Shown here: one piece after another, positions 54,450 to 64,000 of the stretch | Layout of the letters: every line of letters begins with the position of its first letter | Position numbering within the stretch: the first letter of the stretch is position 1 | NCBI RefSeq assembly: GCF_009914755.1 | Contig: NC_060947.1 | Reading direction: 5' to 3' (one strand) | Length of the DNA: 64,000 nucleotides | DNA from: the human T2T-CHM13v2.0 reference genome, Homo sapiens | The notes under the pieces: model-generated | Database searches by the model: none | Told to the model about the DNA's origin: nothing | What the model saw: only the letters and a program-made list of their open reading frames with translations | Made by a program: the position numbers and the translations under genes

Positions 54450-55480
54450 TTTCAATTGCAACAAAAACAAAAATTGACAAATGAAGTCTAATCAATCTAA
54501 AGAGCTTCTGCATAGCAAAAAAACCTATCAACCAAGTAAACAGACAACCTAAAGAATGAAATAAATTTTTTGGAAACTATGCATCTGAAAAAGATCTAAT
54601 ATCCAGCATCTATAAGAAACTTAAAAAAAATCTACTAGATTAAAACAAACAATCCCATTAAAAAGTGGGCAAATGACATGAACAGACACTTTTCAAAAGA
54701 AGGCATACCTGTGGCCAATGAGCATATTAAAAAAGCTTAATATCACTGATCATAAGAGAAATGCAAATTAAAACCACAGTGAGATACCATCTCACACCAG
54801 TTAGAATTGTTATTATTAACAACAAAACATAGCAGGTATTGGCAAGGTTTTGGAGAAAAAGGAACACTTATACACTGTTTGTGGGTGTGTTAACTAGTTC
54901 AACCATTGTGAAAGGCAGTGTGGTGATTGCTCAAAGACCTAAAAACAGAAATACCATTCAACCCAGCAATCCCATGACTGGGTATATATTCAAAGTAATA
55001 TAAATTTTTCTGCCATAAAACATATGAATGCTTATGTTCACTGCAGCACTATTCACAATAGCAAACTCATGAAATCAACCTAAATGTCCATCAATGGTAG
55101 AAAGGATGAAGAAAATATGTTAAATATACACCATGGAATACTATGCAGCCAGAAAAAAGAATGAGATCATGTCCTTTGTATGAACAGCAATGGAGCTGGA
55201 AGCCATTATCCTTAGCAAACTAACACAGGAATAGTAAACCAATACTGCATGTTCTCACTTATAATTGGGGGCTAAATGATGAGAACACATGGACACATAG
55301 AGGGGAACAACAGACAGTGGAAGGGAGGAGGGGGAGAGGATCAGGAAAAATAACTAATGGACACTAGACTTAACATGTGGGTGATGGAACAATTTGTACA
55401 ACAAACCCCCATGACATGAGATTACCTGTATAACAAACCTGCACAGGTACCCCTGAACGTAAAATGAAAGTTAAAAAAAC
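54450..55480 (+). mobile_element. 5'-truncated old L1PA 3' fragment
   Basis: ORF2 C-terminus and 3' UTR ending AAAATGAAAGTTAAAAAAA. Confidence 0.85.
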
Positions 55481-55489
55481 TTCCTTTTA

Positions 55490-58000
55490 AAAATTTTATT
55501 TTAGTTTCAGTGAGTACAGGTGAAAGTTTGTTACCTGGGCAAATTGCACGTCAGGCTTTGATGTACAAATTGTTCACCCAACTATTGAGTATAGTACCTG
55601 ATATGCATTTTTTTAATCCTCATCCTCCTTCCACCCCTCACCCTCACGTAAACTATGGTGTCTATTGTTTCCTTTTTTGTGTACACGTGTATTCAATATT
55701 TAGTTCCCATTTATATGCAGTGTTAGGTTTTCTGTTTCTGTGTTAATTTGTTTAAGATAATAACCTCCAGTTGTATCCATTTCACTGAAAATAAGGTTAT
55801 TTCATTTTCTAAAAAAATTACTTCCAACCATGGTGATGGGATTATTTTGTTTTTCTTTATGCCTGCATAGTATTCCATGGTGTATAAGTACAACATTTTC
55901 TTTATCTAGTACACCATTGATAGGCATTTAGGTTGATTCCATGTCTTTGCTATTGCAAATAGTGCTCTATTTTTTGGAATAGTTTCAGTGGCAATGGTAC
56001 CAGGTCTTCTTTATATTTTGGTAGAATTCGGATGTGAATCCATCTGCAGGAAAGTCTGGTCCAGGGCTCTTTCTGATTGGTAGGTTTTTCATTATTGATT
56101 TATTACTGATGTTCATTATTGATCATATTTCTCATTTGTTTATGAAGATTAGTTTGGCCGGATATAAAATTCTTGGTTGAAATTATCTTTAAGAATGATG
56201 AATATGGGCTCCAATCTCTTCTGACTTGTACAGATTCTCCTGAAGAATTTGCAAGTTTCTTGATGGGGTTTTCTTTTGTGAGCAACCTGTCCCTTCTCTG
56301 CAGCTCTTTTATATATATATATATATTTCATTGACCTTGGGGAATCTGATTTCTATGTGTCTTGGAAATGGTCATCTTGCAGGGGTTCTTTGTATTTTCT
56401 CAATTTGAATGTGAACTTTTCTAGTATGCTTCAGAAAATTTTCATGGACAATATGCTTAAATATGTTTTCCAAGTTGCTTTTTGTCTCTGTGTCTCTTTC
56501 AGGAATGCCAATTCTTTGTAGGTCTGGTCTCTACATAATTCTATATTTCTTGGAGGTATTGTTTATTTTAAAAAGAATTAAAATTTCTTTCTGGTAGAGT
56601 TGATTTGAAGAACTGGCCTTAAAATCTTATTCTATTTTGCTCATCTTAGTCTATCTTCCTGTTAATAATTTCTGATTGTATTACAGAATTCTTGTAGTGA
56701 GTATTTCAGCTCTTATGATCAGTTTTGTTCTTTCTTAAAATGGCTATTTTGTCTTTCAGTTGTTGAATCATTTTTGGATTCCTTATATTCCTTGGATTTT
56801 GTTTTGACTTTCTCCTGAATTTCTGTGATCTTTGTTTCCATCCAGATTCTAAATTCTGTTTGTCGTTTCAGCCATTTTGGTCTGGTTAAAAACCATTGCT
56901 AGGGAGCTAGTGCAGTTGTTTGGGGATAAGAAGACATTCTGGCTTTTAGAGTTTCAGAGTTCTTGCACTGGTTGTTTTGTATGTGTGTGGGCTGATGTTC
57001 ATTTAATCTTTGAAGTCGCTCTTCTTTGTATGGTGCTTTTTGCTTGTATTTTCTTTGGTGTCCTTGAAGGTTTGACTGGTATAAGTTGGGTTTAGTTGAT
57101 GGCCTTCATTTCTAGATGATTCAGGGGGCCAACATTCAGCTCTGCACTACTGGGCTGTGTAATTTAACCATGGGTAGATGGTACCAGGCCTGTGATTTTG
57201 TTCTCTGTCTCCTCCAGGTTAAGCACCTGCTGTGCTGGATGGGCCAAGGTGCTCCCTGTCTGGTGGCAACAATACTCCAATGGGAGTGCTGGCGAAAGTG
57301 ATTCATTTGAGTAGTGGCAGTGGGTTCCATGCATGCATGCATGCTTGTGTCAGCAGGATCGGTGTGCAAGTGTGTATCCAAGCAGTGGCATGGCATTGAC
57401 ATGGTCGTGTCTGCAAGTGCACACAGTCTCCACTGGCAGAGTGCAGTGGGGTCTGCACATGTGTGCACACCACCAGCAGCAGCATGGCAGTGTTCACATG
57501 TGCATGTGCCAGCACATCTGTAGGGGAGACTGTGGGTGAGTGCACATCAGCAGAAGCTGCGGGTGGTGCTTATCAGCAGAAGCTCTCTGATGGTTAAGCA
57601 AGATCTGTCAGTGTAGGAGCTATGAAGTTGGCTGCTGGGAAATGCCTCAGTTGGGCATCTGAGTCTGTGCTACAAGCAACTATAGCCAGGCAGGGACCCT
57701 GGGAAAGGCTGGTAGATAGGGGGATGCTCAGATCACACTGGCCGCATCCTACAGGCAACATAACCCTATTCTGTACAGGACTGATAGTCAACAAAATCCA
57801 AATCCACCTACATGAACATGTTATGCCTCAGGGAATGGGCATCCATGATGGTGCTCCACTGCAGCCATTCTGGCACCAAAACCTCTGAGTCCCATGCAGG
57901 CTGGAGCCCTGTCCCTGCCAACTCCCCAAGAAGCTCTTTCTGCTAGCTCAAATGCCTGTTAGGGACATGGGGTTTTCTGCAGCTATGATTCTGGAGGTTT
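55490..58000 (-). mobile_element. Heavily internally deleted old L1 (3' end, small ORF2 piece, ORF1, 5' UTR)
   Basis: 3' UTR 55490-55965, ORF2 piece 55970-56110, ORF1 56130-56900, GC-richer 5' UTR 57100-58000. Confidence 0.65.
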
Positions 58001-58340
58001 GTGGACTCCTTCTTTACACCAAATGCAAAAATTAAATCAAGATGGATTAAAGATGTAAATGTAAAACCAAAAACTATAAAAATCCTGGAAGACAACCTAT
58101 ACAATACTGTTCTCCACATAGGAATCAGCAAAGATTTTATGATGATGCCAAAAGCAATTGCAACAAAAGCAAAAATCAGCAGAGTAAACAAACAGCCTAT
58201 GGAAAGGAAAATAAATTTTGCAATCTATGCATCTGACAAAGTCTAATATGAAGCATCTATAAGGAGCTTAAACAAAACTACAAGAAAAAAAACAGCCCTA
58301 TTAAAAAGTGGGCAAAAGACATAAACAGGCACTTTTCTTC
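58000..58340 (+). mobile_element. L1 ORF2 fragment
   Basis: ORF 58001-58246 [24 protein letters not shown]. Confidence 0.8.
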
Positions 58341-58379
58341 TTTTCTTTAAATAGCTACCTTTATTTGTAAAGTTCATTT

Positions 58380-58675
58380 TTAAAAATTTTGTATTTCAAT
58401 AGTTTTGGCGGTACAGGTGGTTTCTGGTTACATGTATGTGTTCTTTAGCAGTGATTTAGAGATTCTGGTGCACCATCACTAAAGCAGTATACACTGTACT
58501 CAATAGGTAGTCTTTTATTCATCACCCCAATCCTACCTTTCCCCTTGTGTCCACAAAGCCAATTATATCATTCTTATGCCTTTGCATCCTCATAGCTTAG
58601 CTCCCACTTATAAGTAAGAACATACATCATTTGGCTTTCTATTTCTGAGTTACTTCACTTAGAATAATGGCCTCC
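58380..58675 (-). mobile_element. L1PB 3' UTR fragment
   Basis: Same signature as 11440-11720 and 32960-33250. Confidence 0.8.
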
Positions 58676-58676
58676 G

Positions 58677-59290
58677 GAACTCACCACAGCACAGAAAAGC
58701 AGCTATGGCCAGACTGCCTTACTAGATTCCTCCCCACTGGGCAGGGCATCTCTGAAAGAAAGGCAACAGCCCCAGTCAGAGGCTTATAGATAAAATTCCC
58801 ATCTCCCTGGGACAGAACACCTGGGGGAAGGGGAGGCTGTGGGTGCAGCTTCAGCAGACTTAAATGTTCCTGCCAGACGGCTCTGCAGAGAGCAGCGTAT
58901 CCTGACAAGGAGGATTCTCCCAGCACAGAACGGGAGCTCCACTAAGGGACAGACTGCTTCCTTAAGTGGGTCCCTGACCCCCGTGCCTCCCGACTGGGAG
59001 ACAGCTCCCAGCAGGGGTCAGCAGACACCTTATACAAGAGAGCTCCAGCTGGCATCTGGCAGGTGCCTCTCTGAGACAAAGCTTCCAGATGAAGGAGCAG
59101 GCAGCAGTCTTTGCTGTTCTGCAGCCTCTGCTGGTGATACCCAGGCAAACAGGGTCTGGAGTGGACCTCCGGCAAACTACAGCAGACATGCAGAAAAGGG
59201 GCCTGATTGTTAGAAGAAAAACTAAAAAACAAAAAGTAATAACATCAACATCAAAGAAAAAGAAGGAACCCCATTTAAAAAAACCCATCC
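58677..59290 (+). mobile_element. Partial L1PA 5' UTR (distal half)
   Basis: Homologous to 59990-60575 and to the reverse complement of about 6400-7000. Confidence 0.8.
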
Positions 59291-62200
59291 AGGCATGGCT
59301 GGCAATATGGCTAAACAAGAACAGTTCTGATCTGCAGCTCCCAGCAAGGTCAACACAAAAGGAGGGTGATTTCTGCATTTCCAACTGAGTTACCTGGCTC
59401 ATCTCATTGGGACTGGTTAGACAGTGGATGCAGCCCATGGAGGGTGAGCAGAAACAGGGTGGGGCATCACCTCACCCAGGAAGTGCAAGGGGTTGAGGAA
59501 CTCCCTCCCCTAGCCAAGGGAAGCTGTAAGGGACTGTGCCATGAAGAATGGTGCATTCCAACCCACATACTATGCTTTTCCCATGGTCTTTGCAACCCAC
59601 AGACCAGGAGATTCCCTCGGTGCCTACACTACCAAGGCCCTGCATTTCAAGCACAAAACTGGGCATCTGTGTGGGCAGAAACTGATCTAGCAGCAGGAGT
59701 TTCTTTTCGTAACCTAGTGACGCCTGGAATGCCAGTGAGATGGAACCATTCACTTCCCTGGAAAGGGGGCTGAAGCCAGAGAGACAAGTGGCCTAGCTCA
59801 GTGGATCCCACCCCCGGAAAGCCCAGCAAGCTAAGATCCGTGAAATTCTTGCTGCCAGCACAGCAGTATGAAGTCAATCTGGGATGCTCCAGGTTGGTGG
59901 GGGGAGGGGTGTCCACTATTACTAAGGCTTGAGTAGGCGGTTTTCCAATCACAGCATAAACAAAGCTGCCAGGAAGTTCAAACTGGGTGGAGCCCACCAC
60001 AGCTTGGCAAAGCCACTGTAGCCAGACTGCCTCTAGATTCCTCCATTCTGGGCAGGGCATCTTTGAAAGAAACACAGCAGCCCCAGTCAGGGGCTTATAG
60101 ATAAAACTTTCATTTCCCTGGGACAGAGAACCTGGGAAAGGGGTGGCTGTGGGCGCAACTTCAGCAGACAAATGTTCCTGCCTGCCAGCTCTGAAGAGAG
60201 CAGCACATCTCCCAGCACAGCACTCGAGCTCTGCTAGGGACAGACTGCCTCCTCAACTGGGTCCATAACCCCCATGCCTCCTGACTGTGAGGCACCTCTC
60301 AGAAGGAGTCAACAGACACCTCATATAGGAGAGCTCTGGCTGACATCTGGAGGGTGCCCCTCTGGGATGAAGCTTCCAGAGGAAGGAAAAGGCAGCAATC
60401 TTTGCCATTCTGCAGCCTCTGCTGGTGATACTCAGGCAAACATGGTCTGGAGTGGACCTACAGCAGTCTCCAGCAGACCTGCAGCAGAGGGGCCTGACTG
60501 TTAGAAGGAAAACTAACAAACAGAAAGGAATAATATCAACATCAACAAAAACAACCACACCAAAACCCCATCCAAAGGTCACCAACATCAAAGACCAAAG
60601 GTAGACAAATCTATAAAGATAGAGAGAAACAAGCGAAAAAAGGCTGAAAATTGCAAAAACTAGAAGGCCTCTTCTCCTCCAAAGGATCACAATTCCTTTT
60701 CAGCAAGGGAACAAAACTGAACAGAGAATGAATTTGACAAATTGACAGAAGTAGGCTTCAGAAGGTGGATAATAACAAACTCCTCTGGGCTAAAGGAGCA
60801 TGTTCTAACCCAATGCAAAAAAGCTAAGAAGCTTGAAAAAAAGGTTCGTTGAATTGCTAACTAGGATAACCAGTTTAGAGAACATAAATGACCTGATGGA
60901 GCTGAAAAACATAGCATGAGAACTTCGTGAAGCATACGCAAGTATCAATAGCTGAATTAATCAAGCAGAAGAAAGGACATCGAGGTTAAAGATCATCATA
61001 ATGAAATAAAGCGTGAAGACAAGATTAGAGAAAAAAGAATAAAAAGAAACGAACAAAGTTTCCAAAGTATATGGGACCATGTGAAAAGACCAAACCTATG
61101 TTTGATTGGTGTACCTGAAAGTGATGGGGAGAATGGAACCAAGTTGGAAAACACTCTTCAGGATATTATCCAGGAGAACTTCCCCAACCTAGAAAGACAG
61201 GCCAACATTCAAATTCAGGAAATGCAGAGAACACCACAAACATACTCCTCGAGAAGAGGAACCCCAAGGCACATAATCGTCAGATTCACCAAGGGTGAAA
61301 TGAAGGAAAAAATTATCAGGTCAGCCAGAGAGAAAGGTCGGGTTACCCACAAGGGAATCCCATCAGACTAACAGCAGATCTCTGTTAGTCAGAAGAGTGG
61401 GGCCAATATTCAACATTCTTAAATAAGAGAATTTTCAACCCAGAATTTCATATCCAGCCAAACTAATCTTCATAAGTGAAGGAGAAATAAAATCCTTTAC
61501 AGACAAGCAAATTCTGAGAGATTTTCTCACCACCAGGCCTGCCTTCCAAGAACTCCTGAAGGAAGCCCTAAACATGAAAAGGAACATCTGGAACCAGCCA
61601 CTGCAAAAACATACCAAATTGTAAAGACCATGGACACTATGAAGAAATTGCATCAATTAACGGACAAAACAGTGAGCAAGCATCATAATGACAGGATCAA
61701 ATTGACCCATAACAATATTAACCTTAAATGTAAATGGGTTAAATGCCCCAGTTAAAAGACACACACTGGCAAATTGGATAAAGAGTCAAAACCCATTGGT
61801 GTGCTGTATTCAGGAGACCCATCTCACATGCAAAGAAACACATAGGCTCAAAATAAAAGGATGGAGGAATATTTACCAAGGAAATGGAAAACAAAAAAAA
61901 AGCAAACATTGCAATCCTAGTCGCTGAAAAAAACAGACTTTAAACCAACAAAGATCAAAAGAGACAAAGGAGGGCATTACATAATGGTAAAGGGATCAAT
62001 GCAACAAGAAGAGCTAACTATCCTAAGTATACATGCACCCAATACAGGAGCAACCAGATTATAAACCAAGTTCTTAGAGACCTACAAAGAAACTTAGACA
62101 CCCACACAATAATAGTGGGAGACTTTAACACCCCATTGTTAATATTGGACAGATCAGTGAGACAAAATTAACCAGGATATTCAAGACTTGAACTCTGCTC

Positions 62201-63475
62201 TAGACCAAGCAGGCCTAATAGACATCTACAGAACTCTCCACCCCAAATCAACAGAATATACATTCTTCTCAGCACCACATCACACTTATTCTAAAATTGA
62301 CCAAATAATTGAAAGTAAAACACTCCTCAGGAAATGCAAAACAATGGAAATCATATCAAACAGTCTCTCAGACAACAGGGTAATCAAATTAGAACTCAGG
62401 ATTAAGAAACTCACTCGAAACCCCACAACTTGGAAACTGAACAACCTGCTTCTGAATGACTACTGGGTAAATAATGAAATAAAGACAGAAATAAATAAGT
62501 TATTTGAAACCAATAAGAACAAAAACACAATGTGGCAGAATCTGTGGGACACAGCTACAGCCATGTTTAGAGGGAAAATTATAGCACTAAATGCCCACAA
62601 GAGAAAGTGGGAAAGATCTAAAATTGAAAACCTAACATCACAATTAAACGATCTAGAGAAGCAAGAACAAACAAATTCCAAAGCTATCAGAAGACAAGAA
62701 ATAACTAAGATCAGAGCAAAACTGAAAGAGATAGAGACATGAAGAACCCTTTGAAAAATCAATGAATCCAGGAGCTGTTTTTTTTAAAGATCAACAAAAT
62801 AGATAATCTGCTAGCCAGACTAACAAACAAGAAGAGAAAGAAGAATCAAATAGGTGCAATAAAAAATGCTATAGGGGATAAACTACTGATCCCACAGAAA
62901 TAAAAACTTCCATCAGAGAATACTATAAACACCTCTATGCAAATATACTAGAAAATCTAGAAGAAATGGATAAATTCCTGGACACATAAACCCTACTAAG
63001 TCTAAACCAGAAAGAAGTCGAATCCCTGAAAAGACCAATAACAAGTTCTGAAATTGATGCAGTAATTAATAGCCTAACAACCAAAAAGAGTCCAGGATCA
63101 GATGGATTCACAGCCGAATTCTACCACAGGTGAAAAGAGGAGCTGGTAGCATTCCTTCTGAAACTATTCCAAACAATAGAAAAAAAGGGAATCCTCCTTA
63201 ACTCATTTTAAGAGGTCAGCATCATCCTGATACCAAAACCTGGCAGAAACAAAACCAAAAAAGAAATTTCAGGCCAATATCCCTGAGGAATATGTGAAAA
63301 TTCTCAATAAAATACTAGCAAGCCAAATCCAGCAGCACATCAAAAAGCTTATCAACCATGATCAATTCGGCTTCATCCCTGGGATGCAAGGCTGGTACAA
63401 CATACCTGAATCAATTTTAATGCAATCCATCACATAAACTGAATCAATGACAAAAACCAGATTATCTCAATAATA
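59291..63475 (+). mobile_element. L1PA7/8-like element: 5' UTR, ORF1 and ORF2 EN to early RT, 3'-truncated
   Basis: ORF1 remnant 61081-61371; ORF2 start ATGACAGGATCAAA near 61688; EN remnant 62188-62742; ends abruptly at ATTATCTCAATA. Confidence 0.9.
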
Positions 63476-63719
63476 CTGGGTATATATACAGCATTGCATA
63501 ATAAAAATCATGCTTTGTTATTATTCAATAACAAAGTAAGTCTTGTGGCACTGTGCCTTAAAAGTGTGTCATTAAAAGTCCACTTAATTCTTCCTTTCTT
63601 TTCTTGACATGGTGAGTATGCAGTAAAAATAATTGTGGGTTGGTGATATATGGGACACTCAAAACACTTTTGAGTTGTGACTGCATCACTGCAATTTTTA
63701 GTGGGTTGAGCTGCAGTGC

Positions 63720-63980
63720 AAAGTGACATTGGGTCAGTTTTGCAGCTACTCAATACTGTCAGTGTGGCTGAAAACAGCTATGCATAATATAAAAACAAAT
63801 CCATATGGCTAGGTATAAAAACTTTATGAGGAATGAAATTTTTATTTTATATACTTTTCATATTTTATAAAATATTATTTTATTAATCATTAAAAATGTA
63901 AAAGCCATTCTTAGCTAATGGGTAATATAAGAATATATAGCAGGCCATGCTTGACATATAGTTTGTAATTTGCTAATTTC
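63720..63980 (+). mobile_element. MER58-like hAT-Charlie element
   Basis: CAGCTACTCAA...AAAACAGCTAT...ATAAAAACTTTAT...AAAAATGTAAAAGCCATTCTTAGCT. Confidence 0.55.
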
Positions 63981-64000
63981 TCTTTTAGAAAACTGTGATA

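Noticed and set aside
57136-57545. Cys/His-rich overlapping ORFs
   Set aside because: Low-complexity TGCA/TGTG-rich part of an old L1 5' UTR; no zinc-finger spacing
58681-60690. Dense ORFs on both strands in GC-richer sequence
   Set aside because: L1PA 5' UTR sequence; the same ORFs recur at 6261-7723

Overview
This is primate (human-like) genomic DNA. It is AT-rich and made almost entirely of nested transposable elements, a LINE-1-dense landscape of the kind typical of gene-poor regions such as the X chromosome (the location is inference). It contains several old L1 elements interrupted by younger insertions. These include two MER11 solo LTRs, a HERV-K(HML-3)/HERVK9 provirus with MER9 LTRs (19861-25894, minus), a HERV-F/HERVH48-type provirus with MER48-like LTRs and a tRNA-Phe PBS (35756-41694, plus), six Alus, and MER53, MER1, MER58, L2 and MIR relics. 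Nearly all ORFs in the track are L1 or ERV debris. The one non-repeat coding feature is an intronless, highly diverged retrocopy of PPP1R11 (PP1 inhibitor-3) at 45864-46250. It keeps a strong Kozak ATG, an unbroken frame, the RVxF-type KRVEW motif and the CCC motif, and carries a single late stop. Upstream it has a duplicated RFX X-box and a half-CRE, which makes it a candidate germline-expressed retrogene. Subfamily names are recognised from memory, not from database searches.
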